From contig JAKQHW010000011.1 of the NCBI GenBank assembly GCA_029557835.1, forward strand, positions 1-51,414: a stretch of DNA of 51,414 bases, read 5' to 3'. Every line of letters starts with the position of its first letter. Position 1 is the first letter of the stretch. This document shows positions 36,331 to 45,230 of this stretch, in pieces. The position numbers and the translations under genes are program-made. The notes beneath the pieces were generated by a model. That model was given only the letters and a program-made list of their open reading frames with translations, had not been told where the DNA came from and ran no database searches. This DNA is from Candidatus Micrarchaeota archaeon. GTDB taxonomy: Archaea; Micrarchaeota; Micrarchaeia; Anstonellales; Bilamarchaeaceae.

Positions 36331-36471
36331 GCCGAGGTAGCTCAGCCTGGCTGGAGCGCCAGACTCATAAGGCGCGGTTCTTATGAGTACTGAGGCGGAC
36401 TTTCCGCCTATGACATACAAAGGCGTATCTGGGAGATCTGGAGGCCGGGGGTTCAAATCCCCCCCTCGGCA
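36331..36471 (+). tRNA. Elongator tRNA-Met(CAU) with 66-nt intron (36370-36435)
   Basis: GCCGAGG/CCTCGGC-A; CCAGA-CTCATA|intron|A-TCTGG; BHB central helix CTCA/TGGG. Confidence 0.93.
36370..36435 (+). ncRNA. Intron-encoded box C/D-type guide for C34 of pre-tRNA-Met
   Basis: CTTATGAGT (36380-36388) is complementary to ACTCATAAG (36363-36371); followed by CTGA 36390-36393, GGCGGA/TCCGCC hairpin and C'-like ATGACA. Confidence 0.75.
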
Positions 36472-36480
36472 ATTCTGGTT

Positions 36481-37047
36481 TTATGCAGGATAAAACATGA
36501 AGAACAGTATCGCCGCCGCGGGTATTGTGATGTTGTCGTCCAGCGGGAGCGGCAGTGATTCCGCCATTGCGCAGGCCATGGCGAGCGGGATTGCGGCGGG
36601 CCCGATGAAATAGAACGCTGTGAGCGAGCCGGCCAGGAAGGCGAGGCTGCCCTCGAACGTCTTGTTGCGGTTGTATGGGATGCGCCATCTGCCATTCTGG
36701 CCGATGAGTGTTGAAAGGGAGTCCCCAAAAGCGAGGACGCAGATTGCTGCTGAGAGTGCGTTCAGGTCGCTTATCGCCACCGAAGCCATGAGGATTCCGA
36801 ATGCGTACCATGCCGAGCCGAAGCCTGGGGCGCGCACCCCCCTCCTTTCGAAATTCTCGATGAACCAGCTTACGAACGGCAGGCGGAGCCCGGAAAGGGC
36901 AAGGTGCATGGCCATCAGCCCTGCAAGAATGCCGGCGAAAAGGATGATTTCGAGGGTGTGCCTTCCGAAGTTTTGCAATATGAGGAGGAAGATTATCCCG
37001 ATTGCGATGTGTATCAGTTTCCTACTTCTTTCCTTCAAGCAAAGCAC
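36481..37047 (-). CDS. Dolichol/phytol kinase (SEC59/CTP-transferase family)
   Basis: RKLIHI, LAFGDSLSTLIG, KTFEGSLAF, DDNITIP. Confidence 0.9.
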   Translation of the reverse strand: MLCLKERSRKLIHIAIGIIFLLILQNFGRHTLEIILFAGILAGLMAMHLALSGLRLPFVSWFIENFERRGVRAPGFGSAWYAFGILMASVAISDLNALSAAICVLAFGDSLSTLIGQNGRWRIPYNRNKTFEGSLAFLAGSLTAFYFIGPAAIPLAMACAMAESLPLPLDDNITIPAAAILFFMFYPA

Positions 37048-37483
37048 CCCATATTATGTCCGCGAGCTGGTATGCGATTGGGGCGGCCACAAGCGCGGCC
37101 GCGATGTCCTCGAACGTGTGCACGCCCAGGTAAAAGCGCGTATATGCTACGAGTATGGCGAAAACCCAGTAAAGCGGGAAAAACCTGTGCCCTATGAATG
37201 CGAGCATGAGCGTGAATGCTATGGCCGCGTGGCCGCTGGGCATGGAATAATCCAGCGGGCAGTCTATAAGGGACGATGAGCCGATGCAGGGGCGCGGCTG
37301 CATTATCGCGGCCTTCGCGCCGAGGGTTATGAGCCCGGCGATGAGGAGGGCGAGCGCTATCTTCATGCGTTTCCCGTTCCTGGGCTCCGTGGCGAGCACA
37401 AGGAGGATTATTATCGAGAAGAAGGCGTAGGGATTGTCAAGGAACTGTGCGAATGTGACAAATGCCTGCGCCGCCGGGTCCAT
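37022..37483 (-). CDS. PAP2-family lipid phosphatase
   Basis: K....QPRP, SMPSGHA, TRFYLGVH...D; ATG at 37483. Confidence 0.9.
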   Translation of the reverse strand: MDPAAQAFVTFAQFLDNPYAFFSIIILLVLATEPRNGKRMKIALALLIAGLITLGAKAAIMQPRPCIGSSSLIDCPLDYSMPSGHAAIAFTLMLAFIGHRFFPLYWVFAILVAYTRFYLGVHTFEDIAAALVAAPIAYQLADIIWGALLEGKK

Positions 37484-37487
37484 ATGC

Positions 37488-39059
37488 TCACCATAGCGGA
37501 ACGCCCGAGAACACATGGAAAAGGGCGATTCCGCATACAGAGAGGAAGGCAAAGTATTTTATGAATGAGGATGGCCTCCCCTCAACGTATGATATGAATG
37601 CTGCGGACAGGAAGGAGTATGCCGCAAGGTATGAGGCCGGGAGGGCGGAAAGGCCGGGCGGCTGTGCCCCTTCGCCGAATCCCGAGGAGAGCGACAATGC
37701 GGAGCCGATTATGAAGGGCAGCAGCAGCGCTCCGGAGATGAGCGTGTACTTCTGCATGGAAAGCAGGTTTTCGCGCTCCCTGCGCATCTCCAGGGAGGAG
37801 AGCAGGTCGTCTGCAAGCATCGAAAGGCAGCGGGAGATGTCGTGGCCGGCGCCCAGCGCGCGTGAGAGCAGGTCCGAGAACCGCTTTAGGAGAAGCGAGC
37901 CGTTCCTCCTCCACAGGTCCTCAAGCACGGACTCCGGCTTGACGTTCGCCCTGGCCTGCTTGAGGGAGATGGCGGCCTCTTCCCTGAGGGGCGGCATGGA
38001 ATACTTCTCCATGGAGGAGAGTATGGGCTCCAGCCCAAGCCCGGGCGGCTGGGATGAGATGGCAAGGGCCACGTCCGGGAGGGCTTCCTCTATCTTTTCC
38101 CTCCTCTTCTCCCTGAGGTACATCGGGTAGGAGAGCGCGGCGGCGCCTGCGGCAAGGAGCAGGAACATCGGGAATCTGGGGATGAATGCTGGCAGGAGCA
38201 TGAATGCTGCAGTGGCCGCAAAGGCCGGGATGAAGACCCTGAGCTGGAACTTGGGAGAAAAGAACGACGGCGGGGACAGGGATGCGGCGAGCGCCAGGAG
38301 GGCGGCGGATGCGGCCGGTATGAGGGCGAGCATTATGAATGGGAGCGCGGAGGGCTCGAGGCCGCCCAGCGGCGAAACGCGCCCGAGGGACGAGAAGATT
38401 ATGAGGAACGCCGGGAATATAACCGCAACTGCCATGAAGAGCAGGGAAAGGATAGACTGGCGGGAGGATGCGCTTTTCATCGCGTGCTTCTGGAGCGAGA
38501 GCAGGTCGTTGGAGACGCGTATCAGGTCCCCTCCGGCCCTCCCTTTCTCATAGGCGGACGAGACGCTGAGCAGCGCCCTGCGTATCGGGATCGAGCGGAG
38601 GCGGCCGGCGAGATGGGCGAGGGAGGACGGGATGGACGCGCCGCGGCGGACTTCCCTTTCCATCGCCCTGAATTCCTGGGAAAGGGGGGACCTCCCTTTC
38701 GAGATTGCGGAGAGGGATTCGGCAAACGGCACGCCCATCTCAAGGAGCATCCCGAGCATGCGGAGGGAGAACGGGAGCTCCGCCTCCATGCGCGAGATGC
38801 GCAGGTTGAAAAGGAAGCGCGGGGCCCTGAGCATGAGCAGGAGGGCGAGCGCTGAAACCAGGAGGGCGGCGGGGGCGAGCATGCCCGGGGGGGACACCAG
38901 GAAAGAGACGGGGATTGCCAGCAAAATTGAGAGGGTTAGGGCGAAGCACGCGTACCTTCCGGGCTCAAGGCCGATGCGGCCTGCGAAGGCGAGCTGGCTG
39001 CTGGAAAGCGGGATGGGCGGGAAGGCGGACACGAAAGCCTCAAGATTTCCCTGAGCCAT
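37488..39059 (-). CDS. Type IV pilus/T2SS F-domain platform membrane protein (TadC/ArlJ-like)
   Basis: Two T2SSF-like domains (MEAELPFSLR..G, IEEALPD), many TM helices, adjacent to the ATPase. Confidence 0.85.
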   Translation of the reverse strand: MAQGNLEAFVSAFPPIPLSSSQLAFAGRIGLEPGRYACFALTLSILLAIPVSFLVSPPGMLAPAALLVSALALLLMLRAPRFLFNLRISRMEAELPFSLRMLGMLLEMGVPFAESLSAISKGRSPLSQEFRAMEREVRRGASIPSSLAHLAGRLRSIPIRRALLSVSSAYEKGRAGGDLIRVSNDLLSLQKHAMKSASSRQSILSLLFMAVAVIFPAFLIIFSSLGRVSPLGGLEPSALPFIMLALIPAASAALLALAASLSPPSFFSPKFQLRVFIPAFAATAAFMLLPAFIPRFPMFLLLAAGAAALSYPMYLREKRREKIEEALPDVALAISSQPPGLGLEPILSSMEKYSMPPLREEAAISLKQARANVKPESVLEDLWRRNGSLLLKRFSDLLSRALGAGHDISRCLSMLADDLLSSLEMRRERENLLSMQKYTLISGALLLPFIIGSALSLSSGFGEGAQPPGLSALPASYLAAYSFLSAAFISYVEGRPSSFIKYFAFLSVCGIALFHVFSGVPLW

Positions 39060-40395
39060 AGAACCTACCCTGGTATTCCGAAAAGAACTCCTGGAACCCC
39101 CTCTTTTTCCTTATGAACGATTCCCGTTCCTTCAGCTCCTGCCGGGCCTCTTTTGCGCTGAGCCCGAGGGAGGAAGAGGCGGCGGCCATTAGTTCCGAGG
39201 CGTCCCCGAACCTCCATGAATCCGAGCCGTTGTCGTATGAGATGATGGGCTTCATCGATGGGCCGAAGCAGAGCTCCGCCATCCTCCTTATCTCAGTGTT
39301 TCTCCTCTTGCGGGGGTCGTAGCGAAGCATCCTCCTCTGGACCACTATCGCGCCTATGCTGTTGAAGTCCGCCTCGCTTATTCCGAAGAGCCTGAGCCTG
39401 CGGAGCGTCTCCTCCGCGCTCTGGGCGTGGAAGGTGGCATAGCAGCCCCGGGCCTGCCCCCCGAGGAGCGCATCGAATAGCGCGGATGCCTCATCGGCGT
39501 TCCTCACTTCGCCAACTATCAGGCGGTCAGGCCGCATCCGGAGCGTATCATACACAAGCTCGCGGAGCGGGATGCCCATCTCCTCGTTCGCAACCAGCCT
39601 CGCCTTGTGGGGATGGGGGACGTTTATTTCTGGGCTTTCCTCGGTTATGACTATGCGCTCGTCCGCGGGTATGAAGGAGAAAAGGGAGTTGAGGGTTGTC
39701 GTCTTTCCGCTTGCGGTGTTTCCGGAAATTATGAGGGAAATGTCGGACTGCATGGCCAGGGAGAGCAATGCGATTGCGCGGGCCGGGAACGCTCCTGATG
39801 AAACAAGCTCGTGCGGTGAGAACGGGCTCTCGGTGAAGCGCCTTATCGTGAGCTCCCCTTCCGAAAGCGGGGGCAGGCTGGCGTGCATCCTCGAGCCGTC
39901 CGGGAGTATCGCGTTTAGCTTTGGGCGCTGCAGGGTTATCCTCCTCCCGATGTTCTTGCCCATCTTGTTTATCACCTCGGCAAGGGCGTCCATGGAGGTG
40001 AATTCCGCATTCACCGCCTTCCAGCCCTCCTTCCTGATGTAGACGTACGCGGGCTTGCCTATGCCCACCACGCTTATCTCCTCTATGGACCTGTCCTCCA
40101 GCAGCGGGTCTATGAAAGCGAACCCGTAGATGTGGAGGAAGCACATCCTCGGGAGGTAGGAAGACTGCTCTCGGTCGAGGATTATCCCGTTGCGCTGGGC
40201 AGTGGAAGCTATTATGGACCGTATAGAGCCGAGGACCTCCTCCTTTGAGCGGAAATCCTTGGTGCGCGCCTCATCCCGGAAAGCCTCCTCGGAAAGGGAT
40301 ATCAGCTCCTCTTCCTCAGGGCTCAGCCGCGGAAGCGGAAGCCTGTATTCCCCGCCGCTATTTATCTTCCAGCCCAGCATCAAAATCAACCTCAT
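39040..40395 (-). CDS. Type II/IV secretion ATPase (TadA/VirB11/ArlI family)
   Basis: LLEDRSIEEI, LPDGSR, SGNTASGKTT, LRMRPDRLIVGEVR, TFHA. Confidence 0.93.
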   Translation of the reverse strand: MRLILMLGWKINSGGEYRLPLPRLSPEEEELISLSEEAFRDEARTKDFRSKEEVLGSIRSIIASTAQRNGIILDREQSSYLPRMCFLHIYGFAFIDPLLEDRSIEEISVVGIGKPAYVYIRKEGWKAVNAEFTSMDALAEVINKMGKNIGRRITLQRPKLNAILPDGSRMHASLPPLSEGELTIRRFTESPFSPHELVSSGAFPARAIALLSLAMQSDISLIISGNTASGKTTTLNSLFSFIPADERIVITEESPEINVPHPHKARLVANEEMGIPLRELVYDTLRMRPDRLIVGEVRNADEASALFDALLGGQARGCYATFHAQSAEETLRRLRLFGISEADFNSIGAIVVQRRMLRYDPRKRRNTEIRRMAELCFGPSMKPIISYDNGSDSWRFGDASELMAAASSSLGLSAKEARQELKERESFIRKKRGFQEFFSEYQGRFYGSGKS

Positions 40396-40708
40396 CCCCT
40401 ACGGAGAAAAGCGCCCCGTCCGCCAGCCCTGCCTCCAGCAGGTAGCGGGCTGGCCCGGCGTTCCTGTGGAGCAGGCGGAACGGGCCGACGAGCGCCTTCT
40501 CGGTGACTTTTTTCCCTTCGCTTATGTAAATGGCGTAGAACGGGAAGAAAACGAAGAGGGAGTGGATGGGGTGTATCGCCTCTTCCCGGAAATCGAAAAG
40601 GATGTTGACCTGATTGGGGCGGAACATCAGGCCGCGGATTTGCGGCAGGATGGAGAACGCAGTGAGGCACCGGATTTGCTTTCCACTTGTCCTGTTCCCC
40701 ACAATCAT
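40358..40708 (-). CDS. DUF192 family protein
   Basis: RGLMFR, IHSLFVFFP, RYLLE, VGDEV. Confidence 0.8.
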   Translation of the reverse strand: MIVGNRTSGKQIRCLTAFSILPQIRGLMFRPNQVNILFDFREEAIHPIHSLFVFFPFYAIYISEGKKVTEKALVGPFRLLHRNAGPARYLLEAGLADGALFSVGDEVDFDAGLEDK

Positions 40709-41394
40709 TTTCCGAACCTTCGCCCAGTGTTTTCGTAGAATTTAAGCGCGGCCATGAAATCATCCCTTGTGAAATCCGGCCAGAGCTTCTGCGAGAAATA
40801 AAGCTCGCTGTATGCGGACTGCCATGGGAGGAGCCCGCTCAGGCGCTGTTCCCCGGAAGTGCGTATTACCAGGTCCGGGTCCGGGATGCCCGCGGTATAC
40901 AGGTGGGAAGAGATCGATTCCTCGGTTATCTCCTTCCCTTCCTTCAAAACCGCTTTCACCGCGTCGACTATCTCCGCCCTGCCCCCGTATGCGAGCAGGA
41001 GGTTGAGCTGGTAATCCCCCTTGCCCGCGGTGAGCCTCTCCACCTCCTGGAAAAGGCCCTGCACCTCGCTGGGGAATAGGGATGTGCGGCCAAGGAAGCG
41101 CACCCGGACGCCATATCTGTCCTTCTCTTCCTTGCGCCTGACCGCCTCGATGAGGTTGCGCTGGAAGAGCCCGAAGAGCTTCCTTATCTCCTCGGGGTCC
41201 CGCTGGAAGTTCTCGGTGCTGAAGCCCCACATCGTGAGGATGGGCACCCCCTCCTCCCTGCACCACTTCGCCACGTCCGCGATCTTCTCTATCCCTATGC
41301 GGTACGCCTCCTCGCGGCTGATTCCGTGCTGTTCGCCCCATCTCCGGTTTCCGTCTGGTATTATGACAACGTGTTTCGGCCTGGGCTGGTCCAT
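40705..41394 (-). CDS. uppS: cis-prenyltransferase (polyprenyl diphosphate synthase)
   Basis: HVVIIPDGNRRW, FSTENFQR, YGGRAEI, RTSGEQRLSG, RRFGK. Confidence 0.96.
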   Translation of the reverse strand: MDQPRPKHVVIIPDGNRRWGEQHGISREEAYRIGIEKIADVAKWCREEGVPILTMWGFSTENFQRDPEEIRKLFGLFQRNLIEAVRRKEEKDRYGVRVRFLGRTSLFPSEVQGLFQEVERLTAGKGDYQLNLLLAYGGRAEIVDAVKAVLKEGKEITEESISSHLYTAGIPDPDLVIRTSGEQRLSGLLPWQSAYSELYFSQKLWPDFTRDDFMAALKFYENTGRRFGK

Positions 41395-41397
41395 CCG

Positions 41398-42396
41398 TCA
41401 CCACTCCTTCATATGCAGCGCGAAGTCTATGAGCCGGTTCGAGTATCCCCACTCGTTGTCGTACCAGGAGAAAACCTTCGCGAAATTCCCTGTTGCGCTT
41501 GTGAGCTGGGAATCGACTATCGATGAATGGGGGTTCCCGATTATGTCGCAAGAGACTATCGGGTCCTCCGTGTACTGCAGGACGCCCTTCATCTGGCCCT
41601 CTGCGGCTGCCTTGAGGGCGGCATTGACTTCATCCCTGGTGGCCTCTTTGTTGAGCTCCACGGAGAGGTCCACCAGCGAGCCGTCAGGGACAGGCACGCG
41701 GAGGGCAACGCCGTCCATCCTGCCCTTCATCTCCGGGATGACCTCGCCTATCGCCTTGGCTGCGCCGGTCGTGGTCGGGATGATTGAAACCGCGGCCGCC
41801 CGCGCGCGCCTGAGGTCCTTGTGGCTGCCGTCCACCACGTTCTGGTCGTTGGTGTAAGCGTGCACGGTGGTCATGTAGCCCCGCCTGACCCCGAACGAGT
41901 CGACAAGCACCTTCAAGACCGGGGCGAGGCAGTTGGTGGTGCATGACGCCAGGGAAAACACCTTTGCGTTCCTGTCTGCCTGCCCCATGTTCACCCCAGG
42001 GACAATGGACTGGCAGCCCTTGGCAGGGGCGGAGATGAGCACGCGCCTGGCTCCGGCCTCCATGTGCTTGCCCGCCTCGGCTGCGTCCTTGAATATGCCA
42101 GTGGACTCTATGACAAGGTCTACGTTGTGCGCCTTCCAGGGTATCTTCGCCGGGTCGGTTTCCCTTGTCCAGGGTATCCCATATCCGTTTATCACGATGG
42201 ATTTGTCGGTGGCCTTCACGGTCCCCTGGAAAGGGCCCATGACCGAATCGTACTTGAACAGGTGCGCATTCACGAACTGGTCGCTCCGGTTGTTTATCTG
42301 CGCAATTTCGATGCCTTTCCCCACAAGCCCGCGCTCAAAGGCGGCCCGGAGGAACATCCTCCCTATCCTTCCAAAACCCGAAATTCCTATCCTCAT
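41398..42396 (-). CDS. gap: Type I (bacterial-like) glyceraldehyde-3-phosphate dehydrogenase
   Basis: GFGRIGR, ASCTTNCLAP, TVHAYT, TTGAAKA, WYDNEWGYSNR; ATG at 42396. Confidence 0.96.
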   Translation of the reverse strand: MRIGISGFGRIGRMFLRAAFERGLVGKGIEIAQINNRSDQFVNAHLFKYDSVMGPFQGTVKATDKSIVINGYGIPWTRETDPAKIPWKAHNVDLVIESTGIFKDAAEAGKHMEAGARRVLISAPAKGCQSIVPGVNMGQADRNAKVFSLASCTTNCLAPVLKVLVDSFGVRRGYMTTVHAYTNDQNVVDGSHKDLRRARAAAVSIIPTTTGAAKAIGEVIPEMKGRMDGVALRVPVPDGSLVDLSVELNKEATRDEVNAALKAAAEGQMKGVLQYTEDPIVSCDIIGNPHSSIVDSQLTSATGNFAKVFSWYDNEWGYSNRLIDFALHMKEW

Positions 42397-42448
42397 CTCA
42401 ACACCCAAAAATTGATGGTATAATGATAGGAAAATTTTATAATGGGGT

Positions 42449-44539
42449 TCATGCGCTGCCGCTGCGTGGTGCGGCGTTCTCAAGCAGGAGCTGCCGGACA
42501 TCGGGTGTAATCGACCTGCTTTCCACCATTATGTAATGCCCGCCCCCCTTGGAGAATATTATGGAATTCCGTATGTTGAGGAGGCCTTCCGGCAGGCTCT
42601 CGGGCCTGCAGTTCAGGCGGAAGAGATAGAACCAGAAGTTGCCGGAGGTCATGATGCTGGTGCAGCCGAGGGGGTTGTTGCTGTCCCTGTGCTCCGAGGC
42701 CTGGGCGACCGTGGAGCCGAGCGAGGAGAAGAATTTCATCCTTGTCTCAAAAAGGCGTTCCTCCGCAGGGTCGAAGAAGGAGGATGGGGGCGCGTATATG
42801 ACGGCACCTTTTATGAATTCAACGAATTCCGGCCTGTTCGTGGGTAGGGCCGGGCCCCCGGAAGCGGGAGGAACGCTGGCTTCGGCGCCTGTTTCGGGGC
42901 CTGAATCGGTGGAGCCGCCCCTCAGGGCTGCGGCCACAGGGATGACGAGGGGGGTCGGGAGGGGGGTGTCCTCATCCAGCTGCCTTTCGGCCTTTTCGCA
43001 GGGCATGACAGTTATGCGCACCTTGCCTCCGTTTGGCAGCAAAACGTCGTGGCTCCTTGCCTGGGTTATGGAAGGGGTAAGGAACATCCTTGTGGACAGG
43101 CTGGACAGGTGCCCCTCTAGCCTTGCCGTAGCTTCGGTGAAATGCATGTTGGTGATTACCTGGTGTTCACCGCCGCGGATGGCCAGGATTGCAAAATCCC
43201 CGCCATCCCCTATGAATTCGTCTTCCGGCGTCCATGATGCGCCGAAGCCTCTTGCGAACTCCCTCACCGAATTGTGGGCCAGGATAACAAGCTCTTCGGC
43301 AGGGGAAAGGCGCGGGGATTCCGCAGGGGTTTCAAAGAAGGAGGCCCTGGAGGGGGTGATGCTGAAACTGGAGCCTTCGGCATCCGGCATGCGGATGAGG
43401 TAAACGCAGTTCTGCTCAGACACCCTGCCTGATGGATCCGGCCTTACGAAGCAGGCGTACATGGACGGGTCTATGAAGGAAAGCTCTCCGGCCGCATCCC
43501 TGCTCCCGTCCGCTATTTTCGCCGGATGTATGCCCTTGGAAAGAAGGTATTTCGAAGTGCCTACGATTATTTCGACAAGCCTCGGGAGCATCGGTGTCTC
43601 GACCCCGCCTACCCTGCAGGTCGCGTCCCTGAAGCGCCTCTCAAGTTCCGGATCCTTGACCGCACGGGCGTCCCGGAAATGGCTGGCATCGACGTTCAGG
43701 TAATTGGTGGATATCCTGCAGGCTGCAAGAATTGAATATATCCTGGATGCCGGCTTGCCCGCGCCTGGTTTCTGGGATGCCTCTTCCGGAGCAGGCGGGG
43801 CTTCGCAAATGGGCCTGGCCACCCGGTTTCCGAATGCGTCGGTATATTGCTTGGGGGATGGCGCTGGGAGGTCTATGGAAGGGGCGGACTCCCTTATGCT
43901 CTCGGCTGCGGCGACTGCGGACTCCGTGGCCGGATGGGACTTGCAGAAATCGAATATCGCCCTTTCCGCATCCCTATGCGTCATGAAAAGGAAGCGGAGC
44001 GTGCCTGGCGGCTTGTCAAGGCGGATGCTTCGCATGTTGGTCATGCAGTCAACAAGGTTTCCGAATTCCGAAAGCGCGGACAGCGGGGCGTTGGTGAAGA
44101 CGAAGCGCCTGCAGACCGGCTCGCCGCAATGGAGCACCGCCAGCCTGAGCCGTATGGTTTCTCCGCTTTCAGGGTCGGTGAATTTCGCGGATGACACGTA
44201 TTCGACAGCGGAGACGAGCGATTCGCTTATGGACTGGGCGCGGATCGGCCTGCCCCTTGTGTCCCGTATCCTCTGGCCGAGCCGGTTCTCCGCCTCCATG
44301 GCCGGGCCAATCGCCCTCTGCATATCCGGCACCAGCTGCCTGCCCGTTTCAGGAAGAAGGCCCTTTGCAGGCGGGGAAATGACCGAGGCATCTATCCTGC
44401 TTATCAGCTGTGCGGTATCGCTCGTTGCCTTGTATGCGCCTGGCCTGAAGCCCGGGGTGTGGACCGGGAGCTCCATCGTGGGGATGTCTCCCTTGTACCT
44501 GTCCCTGTATTGCATCATAATCGTATATAAAAGTGTCAA
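42449..44539 (-). CDS. Large hypothetical protein (about 690 aa)
   Basis: Uninterrupted 2.1-kb ORF with own AT-rich upstream region; no motif recognised; real start probably an ATG near 44518 or 44479. Confidence 0.65.
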   Translation of the reverse strand: MTLLYTIMMQYRDRYKGDIPTMELPVHTPGFRPGAYKATSDTAQLISRIDASVISPPAKGLLPETGRQLVPDMQRAIGPAMEAENRLGQRIRDTRGRPIRAQSISESLVSAVEYVSSAKFTDPESGETIRLRLAVLHCGEPVCRRFVFTNAPLSALSEFGNLVDCMTNMRSIRLDKPPGTLRFLFMTHRDAERAIFDFCKSHPATESAVAAAESIRESAPSIDLPAPSPKQYTDAFGNRVARPICEAPPAPEEASQKPGAGKPASRIYSILAACRISTNYLNVDASHFRDARAVKDPELERRFRDATCRVGGVETPMLPRLVEIIVGTSKYLLSKGIHPAKIADGSRDAAGELSFIDPSMYACFVRPDPSGRVSEQNCVYLIRMPDAEGSSFSITPSRASFFETPAESPRLSPAEELVILAHNSVREFARGFGASWTPEDEFIGDGGDFAILAIRGGEHQVITNMHFTEATARLEGHLSSLSTRMFLTPSITQARSHDVLLPNGGKVRITVMPCEKAERQLDEDTPLPTPLVIPVAAALRGGSTDSGPETGAEASVPPASGGPALPTNRPEFVEFIKGAVIYAPPSSFFDPAEERLFETRMKFFSSLGSTVAQASEHRDSNNPLGCTSIMTSGNFWFYLFRLNCRPESLPEGLLNIRNSIIFSKGGGHYIMVESRSITPDVRQLLLENAAPRSGSA

Positions 44540-44588
44540 ATTGTGTTTATAAACCTAATGGAAACCTGATAGCGCGCCTCGGGGTCAT

Positions 44589-45197
44589 TCAGTAAGCCTC
44601 GCCGGGCTGGTTGTTGCCGTTGACGTTACGCCTGTTGTTGAGGGCGCCGGCGTTGTGGACCAGAGGCCTGACTCCCTCGCCCGCAATCCTGTAGAGCCAC
44701 CTTTTCTCATCTTCAGGAAGGCGCCCAAACTTCTCTGCGGAAACAACGAGCGGAATCCTCGCAATATCGTGGGGCTTACCGGGCACCCATTTATCAGAAA
44801 CCTGCGTTATGCCATCAAGAACTATTACGGACTGCGCGTGTACGATGACCTTGCCGTTCTCTTCTCCCACATCCTCGGGCACGACAAAAAGCCCGACTCC
44901 CTTTCTGCCGACCGCTTCTTTCGGCACATGGCTGGCTGGAAGAATCATCCCAGTAAGTGCGTCTTTAACGTCCTTTCCACCTTGGAAAACGCCATTTTTC
45001 TCCGGGTGTGCAAGCAGTTCATCCGCCCAGAAGCCGTAAACCCTGTTCCTCCACACATAGGCGTCAAGCAGAGGGTGTGGAGGAAGCCCCATCTTCCTCT
45101 CTGCGACTGCCTTCCTTGCGTCAAGGTAGCGCGCATCCCTCCCAAGCTGCACAATTTCCCTAGTCTGAGTATTGGAGTTCATGATAATATAGTGCAT
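44589..45197 (-). CDS. Hypothetical protein with DGR-like AAC-rich C-terminus
   Basis: Ends RPLVHNAGALNNRRNVNGNNQPGEAY; 7 of the 15 codons in 44610-44654 are AAC. Confidence 0.7.
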   Translation of the reverse strand: MHYIIMNSNTQTREIVQLGRDARYLDARKAVAERKMGLPPHPLLDAYVWRNRVYGFWADELLAHPEKNGVFQGGKDVKDALTGMILPASHVPKEAVGRKGVGLFVVPEDVGEENGKVIVHAQSVIVLDGITQVSDKWVPGKPHDIARIPLVVSAEKFGRLPEDEKRWLYRIAGEGVRPLVHNAGALNNRRNVNGNNQPGEAY

Positions 45198-45230
45198 GGA
45201 AATCTTAAAAAGCCATCTTTTAACACATAT

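Noticed and set aside
42400..44600. att duplicate of the tRNA-Val(GAC) 3' end
   Set aside because: No match to TGGGCCCGAAGGGAATCGAACC was found by eye, so a complete integrated element is not claimed.
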